Assembly (NCBI GenBank): GCA_037135035.1
Contig: JBAXLB010000002.1
Span: 4,993-68,992, forward strand
Direction: 5' to 3'
Length of the DNA stretch: 64,000 bases
DNA from: Candidatus Adlerbacteria bacterium
Lineage (GTDB): Bacteria; Patescibacteriota; Minisyncoccia; Phycocordibacterales; SBAW01
Part shown: positions 36,656 to 45,554 of the stretch, in pieces
How the letters are laid out: the number at the start of each line of letters is the position of its first letter
How positions within the stretch are numbered: position 1 is the first letter of the stretch
Notes under the pieces: generated by a model
The model's input: only the letters and a program-made list of their open reading frames with translations
Told to the model about the DNA's origin: nothing
Databases searched by the model: none
Made by a program: the position numbers and the translations under genes

Positions 36656-38935
36656 GTGTTTTTGGCTTACAGTGTATGCATGAAATCGAAAAAATTTGAA
36701 ACAACCATAGGCGGGAAGGTACTTTCGGCCGAATTTACCGACCTAGCCGAGCAGGCGAACGGGTCGGTTATTGTCCGTTACGGCAACACGGCACTGTTGG
36801 CCACAGCTGTGATGTCGCACCGCACACGTGACGATATCGACTACTTTCCTCTCTCTGTCGAATACGAAGAGCGTTTTTATGCAGCGGGGACTATCGGTGG
36901 TAGCCGTTTTGTACGCCGCGAAGGCAGGCCAAGCGAGCAAGCAATACTGACAGGCCGTGTTGTGGACCGCACTATTCGCCCGCTCTTCCCGCACCATATG
37001 CGAAATGAGATACAGGTAATAATCACCATGCTCGCGCTCGATGAAGAAGACCCTGCCTCTATTGCCGTGAACGCAGCGTCGCTTGCGCTGGCAACATCGG
37101 ACATCCCGTGGGGTGGGCCAGTTGCTGCGGTGCGCATTGGGAAAAATGCAACAGGAGATTTTATAGTAAACCCAACATACGCACAGCGTGCAGAGACAGT
37201 GCTCGACATTTTGGCATGTGGTAAAGACGGCACAATAAACATGATAGAAGTGGCTGCCAAACAGGCGAGCGAAGACGATGTTGCTGCCGGCTTTGTACGC
37301 GCAACAGCCGAGCACGATAAAATTTTAGAATGGCAGAAAAAAATAATTGCAGAAGTCGGCAAAGTAAAACGCGAAGCACCGAAACCGGAAGTTCCTGCGG
37401 CGCTCACAGAACTTTTTGAAACAGAATTTAAACAAAAATTAAGTGATGCAGTTTTCTGTGGAGTCCCAAGCAAAGACGCTATCCACGAAGTACAACATGA
37501 ATGGATGAAGCGTCTCACTACACCGAATGTTCCTTCCGAAAAGTCCTCGGACTCCCTTGCTTCGCACGGCCAGACTTTTCTTCAGGAATATTCGGTTCCA
37601 TTAGCGATAGCAAAACGTTTCCTTGAAGATAAAGTTGATGAAGAAATCCACCACGGCGCAGTTGAACGTGACATGCGTGCAGACAACCGCAGTTTCACAG
37701 AAGTGCGCCCGCTGTTTGCAAAAGCAGGTGGGGTGTCGGACATCTTGCACGGCTCGGGTATTTTTTACCGTGGTGGTACACACGTCTTTTCTGCACTCAC
37801 ACTCGGCGGGCCCGGTGATTCACAGGTTATTGACTCGATGGAAGAGCACGACGTTAAGAAACGTTTCATGCATCATTACAACTTCCCGCCGTACTCGGCA
37901 GGGGAGACAGGGCGTGTTGGTGGCATTAACCGCCGAGCAACAGGGCACGGTGCACTTGCAGAAAAAGCGCTCGAAGCAGTGATACCGTCTGTTGAAGAAT
38001 TTCCCTACACTATCCGCTTAGTGTCGGAATGTTTGGCAAGCAACGGCTCGACGTCGATGGGTTCTGTCTGTGCATCAACTCTTGCACTGATGGACGGCGG
38101 CGTGCCGCTGAAGGCACCTGTTGCAGGTATTGCGATGGGGTTGATGCTTTCGATGAATGGCGACGGTCGCTACAAAGTATTGACCGACATCCAAGGTCCC
38201 GAAGACGAGTTCGGCGACATGGACTTTAAAGTTGCAGGTACCCGCACTGGTGTGACTGCGATACAGATGGACATTAAACTCGACGGCGTGCCTGTACCTA
38301 TTTTGGTTGAAGCACTCGCGGGTGCAAAAGCAGCGCGCATGCACATATTAGATGTGATTGAAAAAGAAATTGCCGCACCACGCGCACACATAAACCCGCG
38401 CGCACCAGAAATTATTACGATGCACGTACGCCCCGACCAAATTGGTTTGGTCATTGGCGGGGGAGGTAAAACAATAAACGGAATTAAAGATGTTACTGCG
38501 GTGAGTGACATCACCATTGAAGACGACGGCTCTATCTTTATCACCGGTAAAAATGGGAGTGCAGAAAAAGCAAAAGGGATGATTGAAGCGCTCGTTAAAG
38601 AATATAAGCCAGGCGAAGTGTACGAAGGCGAAGTCACACGTTTGATGGACTTCGGCGCATTCGTACGCATTGGCCCCGGCAAAGACGCCGAAGGGTTGGT
38701 GCACGTGTCTGAAATTGCACCGTTCCGAATTGAGAAAATTGCAGGTGTCGTAACTGTTGGAGAGAAAGTACGGGTTATGATTAAAGAGATAGACGAAAAA
38801 GGACGCATCAACCTCTCTATAAAAGGAGCTGACCCAGAGTTTGCTGCACGTAAAGGCCTTGCGCCGTCTACACAAAACAATGCCACCAAACAAACAGGAC
38901 CAACACTCGGGGGCGGGGGAGATCGATCTCAATAA
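36656..38935 (+). CDS. pnp: polynucleotide phosphorylase
   Basis: Two RNase PH domains, KH (GLVIGGGGKTINGI) and S1 (GEVYEGEVTRLMDFGAFV) domains. The start codon is uncertain: GTG at 36656, TTG at 36662 or ATG at 36680. Confidence 0.92.
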   Translation: MFLAYSVCMKSKKFETTIGGKVLSAEFTDLAEQANGSVIVRYGNTALLATAVMSHRTRDDIDYFPLSVEYEERFYAAGTIGGSRFVRREGRPSEQAILTGRVVDRTIRPLFPHHMRNEIQVIITMLALDEEDPASIAVNAASLALATSDIPWGGPVAAVRIGKNATGDFIVNPTYAQRAETVLDILACGKDGTINMIEVAAKQASEDDVAAGFVRATAEHDKILEWQKKIIAEVGKVKREAPKPEVPAALTELFETEFKQKLSDAVFCGVPSKDAIHEVQHEWMKRLTTPNVPSEKSSDSLASHGQTFLQEYSVPLAIAKRFLEDKVDEEIHHGAVERDMRADNRSFTEVRPLFAKAGGVSDILHGSGIFYRGGTHVFSALTLGGPGDSQVIDSMEEHDVKKRFMHHYNFPPYSAGETGRVGGINRRATGHGALAEKALEAVIPSVEEFPYTIRLVSECLASNGSTSMGSVCASTLALMDGGVPLKAPVAGIAMGLMLSMNGDGRYKVLTDIQGPEDEFGDMDFKVAGTRTGVTAIQMDIKLDGVPVPILVEALAGAKAARMHILDVIEKEIAAPRAHINPRAPEIITMHVRPDQIGLVIGGGGKTINGIKDVTAVSDITIEDDGSIFITGKNGSAEKAKGMIEALVKEYKPGEVYEGEVTRLMDFGAFVRIGPGKDAEGLVHVSEIAPFRIEKIAGVVTVGEKVRVMIKEIDEKGRINLSIKGADPEFAARKGLAPSTQNNATKQTGPTLGGGGDRSQ

Positions 38936-40025
38936 AATCCTCCTACCAAAAAAAGACGGCCCGTCCGTCGACTCGGCGCAGCGCATAAACGCGGGCGCAC
39001 TTTTGGCGCAAGAACTGGGAGCAACGCTAAGTACGCCGCCGTTGGAGCAAGTTCCGGTTGCGGAGCCGAAGATCGACGCAGAGGAATTTGCTCCAATAGC
39101 AACACCAGAAGATACTGGCGTGCGTAATTTACAGACATATCAAGGCGACGTGGAACGTGTCGTGCAAGGAAAGCATGTTTCAGTTGTTTCCATTGCCGCA
39201 GCAGAGGCAGAGAGACGCAGCAAGAAGAGCCTCGAAATACACGAACTCATAGAGGCCACCCAGCCAAAACACACACTCCGTACTGTCGTACTTATTGCAG
39301 CGAGTGTGTTGTTGGTTATTGCCGCAGGGATACTGGTGCACTACGTGTATGTATTTAACGCACCGCTCCCGGCAGGGTCACCAAATGCTGCACCGTTTAT
39401 TGCCGTCGACGGCACAACCCTCGTGTCGATGTCTCAAAACACAACACCAAGCGCGGTAATGAACCAGCTCGTACAGGCAAAAAAATCTGTAAACCTCTCT
39501 CTTGGGCTGATTGCGCAATTGTATATACAAACTGCTGCCACAAGCAGCGACTCTGCACCGCAGTATGTCGACGCTCCGACACTCCTTTCCGCACTTGCGC
39601 CCGACATACCGGGTAACTTACTGCGTGCGGTGCAGCCGGTGTACTTGCTTGGTGTACATTCGTTTGGACTGAACCAGCCGTTTTTGATTATTAAAGTCGA
39701 CTCATACGAACAAGCGTACGCAGGAATGTTAGCGTGGGAAACAAGCATGAAGGCCGACCTCTCGCCACTGTTTGCGTACACTCCAGCCCCTGGTGTGCGC
39801 GCGCAGCAAAGTGCTGGGTCGGCACAATTTTTGCAGACTAACTTTTTTGACGTAATTGTCGAAAACCACAACGCGCGGATACTTACAAGCGCGGACGGGT
39901 CGCTTAATTTCCTCTGGACCTTTCTAGACCGACAGACAATTGTTATAACAACCAACGCTGGCACATTGCGTGAAATTATTTCTCGCTTGTTGCAAGCACC
40001 TATATTGCCGCTACCAGGAAAATAA
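38880..40025 (+). CDS. single-pass membrane protein of unknown function
   Basis: About 380 aa. One TM helix (TVVLIAASVLLVIAAGILVHYVYVF). The ORF start overlaps the pnp 3' end, so the true start is uncertain. Confidence 0.45.
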   Translation: MPPNKQDQHSGAGEIDLNKILLPKKDGPSVDSAQRINAGALLAQELGATLSTPPLEQVPVAEPKIDAEEFAPIATPEDTGVRNLQTYQGDVERVVQGKHVSVVSIAAAEAERRSKKSLEIHELIEATQPKHTLRTVVLIAASVLLVIAAGILVHYVYVFNAPLPAGSPNAAPFIAVDGTTLVSMSQNTTPSAVMNQLVQAKKSVNLSLGLIAQLYIQTAATSSDSAPQYVDAPTLLSALAPDIPGNLLRAVQPVYLLGVHSFGLNQPFLIIKVDSYEQAYAGMLAWETSMKADLSPLFAYTPAPGVRAQQSAGSAQFLQTNFFDVIVENHNARILTSADGSLNFLWTFLDRQTIVITTNAGTLREIISRLLQAPILPLPGK

Positions 40026-40067
40026 AGACTCGTTGCCGTACTTTTTTTAGGCTGGTATGATGCAGGC

Positions 40068-40439
40068 ATGATACACGAAACTACACACTTTAAAAAAGTA
40101 TTAACCGAGCAGCTCCACACAGTAGAAGAAGAGTTAAAAAACTTGGGGTGGAAGAACGACGCAGGGGAGTGGGACGCTGCAGTAAAAGACATCGACCAAA
40201 GCGCCACAGAGTCGGACGAAGTTGCCGACCGTATTGAAGAGTTTGAGGAAAACCAAACAGAAATTGCCGAGATACAGGTGCACTGGAATGACATCAAACG
40301 TGCACTCGCAAAAATAGAAGAAGGTACCTACGGCATCTGCGAAATTTGTGGGGAAGCAGTTGAAGAAGACCGCTTGGAAGTAAACCCTTCGGCACGCACC
40401 TGCAAAGTGCACATCGACGAAGAAAAAAATCTTTCGTAG
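40068..40439 (+). CDS. DksA/TraR-family C4 zinc-finger protein
   Basis: 123 aa. C-terminal CEICGEAV...RLEVNPSARTCKVH 4-Cys finger. N-terminal acidic coiled coil. Confidence 0.75.
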   Translation: MIHETTHFKKVLTEQLHTVEEELKNLGWKNDAGEWDAAVKDIDQSATESDEVADRIEEFEENQTEIAEIQVHWNDIKRALAKIEEGTYGICEICGEAVEEDRLEVNPSARTCKVHIDEEKNLS

Positions 40440-40471
40440 AATCTGCTTGGTAAATTAAATATAAAAAATTT

Positions 40472-40504
40472 AAGCGCCCAGTATTTCTACTGAGCGCTTT
40501 TTCG
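40472..40504 (+). terminator. intrinsic terminator after the dksA-like gene
   Basis: AGCGCCCAGTA-tttc-TACTGAGCGCT followed by TTTTT. Confidence 0.75.
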
Positions 40505-40659
40505 TTCTCCTCCTCTAAGTTTTGATTTTGCGGAGTTTGTACACGGGCACAATTTCGTACCCGAGCTCCTTCAGGGACCGCTCGATCTGGGACTTGGCGC
40601 GATGCCACGATCTCCAGTAAATGAGCGCCTCGGAATAACCGGGGCGGTTTTTGGATTTT

Positions 40660-40902
40660 TCAGTCGAGCAACAAATCCCGCATCTTGCGAACAGGTTTGT
40701 TCCTCTCGAGGATGTGCGTGCCCGGATTCTTTTTCATCCTGTCGAAGATCCGCCGACACGCGGAGATGACGCTTTTGCCCCCGCGAGGCACGTTCTTCTT
40801 CAATTCTTCGAGAAGCCTTTCGGCTTTCTCTGGATCCTCCCAGCTCCACGCTGCTGCGAGGAAATCAACCGCAATCGCGTACATCTTATCGTCAAGCTTC
40901 AT
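40660..40902 (-). CDS. small hypothetical protein in a GC-rich island
   Basis: 80 aa from the ATG at 40902 (SD GGGAGA). Element E3 lies ~45 nt upstream. A second open frame continues downstream without a start, which may be a frameshifted remnant. Confidence 0.45.
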   Translation of the reverse strand: MKLDDKMYAIAVDFLAAAWSWEDPEKAERLLEELKKNVPRGGKSVISACRRIFDRMKKNPGTHILERNKPVRKMRDLLLD

Positions 40903-40936
40903 GACTTTCTCCCGTGCCTTGTGAGGCGTCTGTTTT

Positions 40937-41010
40937 AAAAGATCTCTTCTCGATGAACCTTCGAATTTCTTCAAAGACTCAATAGAGAGGGTGAATGTGT
41001 AGATTCACCC
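40937..41010. repeat. conserved leader element E3 (copy of E1) plus GGGTGAAT-gtgtag-ATTCACCC hairpin. Two further hairpins follow at 41026..41049 and 41053..41068
   Basis: About 90% identity to 5482..5533 over 52 bp. The hairpin sequence is different but structurally equivalent. Confidence 0.7.
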
Positions 41011-41167
41011 CAATGCCTTAAGTTCGATAGAGAAGGGCTTTTCTCTATCTATCGAGACGCCACTCTCGAGGTTGTAGCGTTAGATAGTTGTTGGACTTAT
41101 AACCCCTAATTTAAAAGGATACGCCTTCTGTTGCCAAGCGGGAATCACCCCGCTCCGATCTATGCGA

Positions 41168-41521
41168 CTATGCGGGCAGGCCCGTCACTTCAACCAATCG
41201 GCGGTGGAAGGGGAAGAGCTTGCTTTCGCACCTCGGACAGCTAACCAAGCCGGGGAACTCCTTTTTGAAGTTCTCACCGTCAGGGAGACTAACCGAGCCC
41301 AGGAACGAGCCGCGGGCATTTTTGATGAACTTCACGTACATCAAGTTGCCATCGTACTCGCTGCTGACGCAACGCAACCAGGTGGTTTCCCTGTTTTCGC
41401 ACGCATCGTTCATGCATGCAAACAGATACCTAGTTTCCCAGAGACGGCCTTCGCCGCCCGGGATGCGCACGTCATACTGGTAGTCGTAAGACTCGGTAGC
41501 GTAGTTGTAACAGTCGCGCAT
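41168..41521 (-). CDS. hypothetical Cys-rich (zinc-ribbon-like) protein in a GC-rich island
   Basis: 117 aa from the ATG at 41521 (SD CAGGAGAG). CxxC (CPRC) plus scattered Cys/His. High GC. Confidence 0.45.
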   Translation of the reverse strand: MRDCYNYATESYDYQYDVRIPGGEGRLWETRYLFACMNDACENRETTWLRCVSSEYDGNLMYVKFIKNARGSFLGSVSLPDGENFKKEFPGLVSCPRCESKLFPFHRRLVEVTGLPA

Positions 41522-41748
41522 GATGCTCTCCTGTGCCCCTCGGGGCTGATGGTTTGGCAATATTGCCCTTGTTGTGATGATCGTCTACCCAACAGTATAG
41601 GTCATTTTGGGCAGATTGTCAATCTTTATGATTTAATTTATAGTTCGTGTGTATATAAAAAGCTTTATTTATCAACATATTTTGGAGATTTAGCTTCGTT
41701 TATCAAAATTGTTGACTAAATATGTGTTTTGCCCTATACTAGCTAGGT

Positions 41749-42483
41749 ATGAATTACACCGAAGCACTTGGAACTTTGGGGCTGAGCGAAAAGCAGGCGA
41801 GCGTATATTTAGCCTTGGTTGGGCTAGGGGAGTCGTCTGCCTACGCTATTGCCCACAAAGCAGGCCTAAAAACTCCTACTACCTACGTTATTTTGAAGGA
41901 GTTAATCGAGTTAAACATCGTCTACACTATCCCTCGGGCCAAAAAGCAGCTGTTTGTTTCCATGGACCCCAAGCAACTCTTTGCTAAAGCACAGACACGC
42001 TTTGAAGACGCAAAAAGTTTACTGCCGTCTATACTCGCACTTGTTGCTGTGCCTGGAGTGGCACCAGTAACACGCTCGTTCTCGGGGAAGGCTCAACTGT
42101 TGAGTGCATACTTTGAAACACTCGCCGTACCGGACACCACGCTGCGCGGCTGGCTTTCGGAAGGTGCGTGGTCGGAACACGGGCTCGATTTCTTTTTAAA
42201 CACCTACCGGCCGCAGCGCATCAAACAAAACATCTCCAACCAGTTTATTGTCGGCGACACTGCTGTGATGCGCGACTATGCCCAACACGATGCAGGGGTG
42301 CTTAAAGAAACTCGCGTGGACAAAAACTTCGGGCCACAGACCGACCTCCTTATATATGGTGGCAATAAAATAATCATCGCTTCGTTTTATGAAGAAATGG
42401 GAGTTATTGTCGAAAGCCAAAAAGTGCACGACTTACTCGCAGGGATATTCGAGGCGCATTGGGCCGCACTCGAGGGCAAATAA
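41749..42483 (+). CDS. TrmB-family HTH transcriptional regulator (paralog 5)
   Basis: 244 aa. wHTH LGLSEKQASVYLALVGLGESSAYAIAHKAGLKTPTTYVILKELIELNI. Closest paralog is 6343..7077. Confidence 0.75.
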   Translation: MNYTEALGTLGLSEKQASVYLALVGLGESSAYAIAHKAGLKTPTTYVILKELIELNIVYTIPRAKKQLFVSMDPKQLFAKAQTRFEDAKSLLPSILALVAVPGVAPVTRSFSGKAQLLSAYFETLAVPDTTLRGWLSEGAWSEHGLDFFLNTYRPQRIKQNISNQFIVGDTAVMRDYAQHDAGVLKETRVDKNFGPQTDLLIYGGNKIIIASFYEEMGVIVESQKVHDLLAGIFEAHWAALEGK

Positions 42484-42503
42484 TTCTGCTATACAATATA
42501 TGT

Positions 42504-44072
42504 ATGCAGTACGCTCGCGTCTATGGCGCGCAGACCTCGCTCCTTACTCCACATATTGTTTCTATTGAAACTGACCTCTCACGCGGCTTACATTCGTTTA
42601 CTGTTGTCGGGCTCCCAGACAAAGCGGTGGAGGAAAGTCGCGACCGTGTTGCCGCCGCGATAAAACATTCGGGCTTTGATTCGCCTAAAAGCCGCAACCA
42701 AAAAATTGTCATCTCGCTTGCACCGGCCGACCTGCGAAAGGAAGGGCCAATGTTTGACCTACCCATTGCACTGTCCTATTTGCTTGCGGCGGATGATATT
42801 CGTTTTGACCCGGAGCACTTGTTGTTTGTGGGCGAACTTTCGCTCGACGGCATGTTGCAACCGGTGCGCGGAATTTTGCCGCTTGTTGCAGAAGCAAAAC
42901 GAAAAGGGAAGCGCGCCGTATTTGTCCCGAAAGAAAACGAAGAGGAAGCCGCACTTGTGGGCGGCATAGAAATTTACGGAGCCAGAAGTTTAGGAGAAGT
43001 TATTGACCATCTAAACGAAAAGAAAAACGCGACCAAAAAAGAAATACCAAAGTTAGTAGCCGCACCGCAAACAAAACTCGAACCGTCTCTAGAAGAAACA
43101 CAGTTTGCATTTGAAGATATTCGCGGGCAGGAAAGTGCAAAACGTGCGGCGATAATTGCCGCTGCAGGCGGGCACAACTTAGGGCTCTCGGGGCCGCCGG
43201 GTACCGGCAAGACAATGCTTGCGCGCGCACTTGCATCTATTCTCCCGCCGCTTTCCTTTGACGAAGTGCTTGAGGTAAACGGCATACATTCTGTTGCGGG
43301 AGTATTGCGGAGCGAGCTGCTGACAATGCCGCCGTTCCGTGCGCCGCACCACACCTCGTCGTATGTTTCTATTGTTGGAGGTGGCGCAACACCAAGACCG
43401 GGCGAAGCAACGCTCGCACACCGAGGTGTTTTATTTTTGGACGAGTTCCCCGAATTTGAACGCCGCGTCATTGAAGCGCTGCGCCAGCCCTTGGAAGACC
43501 GTGTTATTGCTGTTGCACGCGCAAAAGGTACGGCGCTTTTCCCTGCGCGTTTCACACTCGTTGCGGCAATGAACCCGTGCCCCTGCGGCAACTGGGGGCA
43601 CCCAACTGTTGCGTGCACCTGCAGCCCCGTGACACTCGAGCGCTACCGCAGAAAAATTTCAGGACCCATTGCCGACCGCATCGACCTGTGGATGGTTATG
43701 GGCCCAGTCGACCTGCCCGAGCTCGGCAAAAAAACAGTGAGGGGGAGCGAGACAACAGTTGCACGCAAAAAAGTTTTAGATGCACGGGCGATGCAAGCCG
43801 AGCGGTTTGCACGTTCGAAAAAAGAAAAAGACGGACAGACATTTACAAAAACAAACAGCGACCTTTCGCCGCGCGAACTAGAAGACCTCGTACCCTTAAG
43901 TGAGAAAGTTCGCACTACGCTGGAAAAAGCAGGGCAGCGGCTTTCACTTTCCCCGCGGGCATTTCACCGTGTGATAAAAGTTGCACGCACCGTCGCCGAC
44001 CTGGACGGCGCGCCAGACATTAACGAGTCGCACGTACTCGAAGCCCTGCAGTACCGCCAGCGGAAGAGTTAG
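42504..44072 (+). CDS. comM: YifB/ComM-family Mg-chelatase-like AAA+ ATPase
   Basis: N-terminal Lon-like domain (HIVSIETDLSRGLHSFTVVGLPD), Walker A (GPPGTGKT), C4 zinc motif (CPCGNWGHPTVACTC). Confidence 0.88.
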   Translation: MQYARVYGAQTSLLTPHIVSIETDLSRGLHSFTVVGLPDKAVEESRDRVAAAIKHSGFDSPKSRNQKIVISLAPADLRKEGPMFDLPIALSYLLAADDIRFDPEHLLFVGELSLDGMLQPVRGILPLVAEAKRKGKRAVFVPKENEEEAALVGGIEIYGARSLGEVIDHLNEKKNATKKEIPKLVAAPQTKLEPSLEETQFAFEDIRGQESAKRAAIIAAAGGHNLGLSGPPGTGKTMLARALASILPPLSFDEVLEVNGIHSVAGVLRSELLTMPPFRAPHHTSSYVSIVGGGATPRPGEATLAHRGVLFLDEFPEFERRVIEALRQPLEDRVIAVARAKGTALFPARFTLVAAMNPCPCGNWGHPTVACTCSPVTLERYRRKISGPIADRIDLWMVMGPVDLPELGKKTVRGSETTVARKKVLDARAMQAERFARSKKEKDGQTFTKTNSDLSPRELEDLVPLSEKVRTTLEKAGQRLSLSPRAFHRVIKVARTVADLDGAPDINESHVLEALQYRQRKS

Positions 44073-44084
44073 GCTGTCTCAAAT

Positions 44085-44120
44085 AAAAAAGCTCGCAGTG
44101 TAGTGCGAGCTTTTTTATTT
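44085..44120. terminator. bidirectional intrinsic terminator (A-run, GCTCGCA-gtgtag-TGCGAGC, T-run)
   Basis: 7-bp stem flanked by A6 and T6 runs, between convergent genes. Confidence 0.75.
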
Positions 44121-44131
44121 TTTAAATTTTA

Positions 44132-45280
44132 TTAGTTGCTACTGCCGACGTCCATGTTAGCAAATGGGTTTTCGGCACCGCGGACTTCAAAGTGCAAGTG
44201 CGGGCCGGTTGCTTCGCCAGTGGCACCAACTTTGCCAAGTGTGTCACCTTGGTCAACACTGTCACCGGCAGAAACCAACACCTTGCTCATGTGTGCATAC
44301 AAGGTTTGCGTGCCGTTGCCATGTTGTACGACGACATAACTTCCATACCCACCGTTCCACCCGCCGCCCGCCTGTGCAACAATCACCGTGCCCCCTGCTG
44401 CTGCATAAATTGATGTACCTTTTGCCGCGCCAATGTCGACACCGTTCCATCCATGCAAACTTTGCGTGATGCGCCCGCCTGCAGCAGGCCATGTATAGTA
44501 CCCGTCAACCGCAGGGCCCGAACCACCTAAGAATGCTTGTTTTATTTTGCCTGTAGCAATATTTGAAATAACTTTTGCGTGAGAGTTTACAGGGGCTTTT
44601 ACTTTTGCCAGCACAGGTGCTGTAGCTTCGCCGCCGGGGATCAAAATAACATCACCAATAGTAAGCGCGTCGCTGACCCCGAGGTCGTTGTACTTTGCAA
44701 TGCCAGTTGCATTGGAATTATATTTTTTGGCGAGTGACGCAAGAGTTTCGCCTTTAAGCACCGTGTGCTGGATACCCGTTATCGGAAGAATGATAAGTGT
44801 GTCACCCGGATGCACAACACCACCTTTGATGTCGTTTGCACCAAGGATGGTGTTTGTACTAACGCCAAACATTTTTGCAATACCCGAAAGGGTGTCGCCT
44901 TCGTGCACGGTATAAACACTAATTTGGGGGTTTGTTGGCTTACTTTCAATGTCTGCCGCTGTACCCGACGGGCCTTCCTGTGCGAGCAAAGCAGAGCCGT
45001 CCACCAAACTAATGTCTCCGCCGCCCACAGCAGGGTGGGGGTCGAGGTTTACTGCCGGCGCTAGCAGCACCATAGTCTGCGAATTGGAAGAAGAGCCCGC
45101 TGCACTGGTTTGTGTGGCGCTTGTTTGCAGTAGGGAAGCAAAGATACTTGCCGACGCAAGCAGTGGTATAGAAAATACAAAAGAGGCTCCTCCTAAAACA
45201 AGAGCAAGCACCAGCGATTTTTTTGCCCGCCCCGAGGAATACGCACGTTCCGTCTGGGCAGGGTCTGTATTGTGAAACAA
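44132..45280 (-). CDS. secreted LysM-domain M23-family peptidoglycan endopeptidase
   Basis: 382 aa. Two LysM repeats (DTLSGIAKMFGV..., ETLASLAKKYNS...). M23 motifs (HxxxD-like GVDIGAAKGT, and HLHFEV). Confidence 0.82.
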   Translation of the reverse strand: MFHNTDPAQTERAYSSGRAKKSLVLALVLGGASFVFSIPLLASASIFASLLQTSATQTSAAGSSSNSQTMVLLAPAVNLDPHPAVGGGDISLVDGSALLAQEGPSGTAADIESKPTNPQISVYTVHEGDTLSGIAKMFGVSTNTILGANDIKGGVVHPGDTLIILPITGIQHTVLKGETLASLAKKYNSNATGIAKYNDLGVSDALTIGDVILIPGGEATAPVLAKVKAPVNSHAKVISNIATGKIKQAFLGGSGPAVDGYYTWPAAGGRITQSLHGWNGVDIGAAKGTSIYAAAGGTVIVAQAGGGWNGGYGSYVVVQHGNGTQTLYAHMSKVLVSAGDSVDQGDTLGKVGATGEATGPHLHFEVRGAENPFANMDVGSSN

Positions 45281-45554
45281 AATAAGCCTATTTTAAGCGC
45301 TCGCTTAGCTATTTCTGTGATAAAACGGCTCAACAGAGCCATTTCATATATTCTTCACCCCGTACCTTAACTATAGTAAATGAGCCCGGGTGGTCAACTT
45401 GACGAGCGGGGAACTGTGGACAACTATATTTTGGCCCCAAAATAGCCTTATTTCTAGGTGTATATAAGATGAGGGAACAAACCTTGACAAGACCGATACG
45501 TATTGAACAATGTTTCAATTATGTAAATAGTATTTTGTGCGCTACTTTGTATAG

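Noticed and set aside
38170-38986. 239-aa and 212-aa minus-strand ORFs antisense to pnp
   Set aside because: Shadow ORFs inside pnp.
42974-43618. 214-aa minus-strand ORF antisense to comM
   Set aside because: Shadow ORF inside a well-supported gene.
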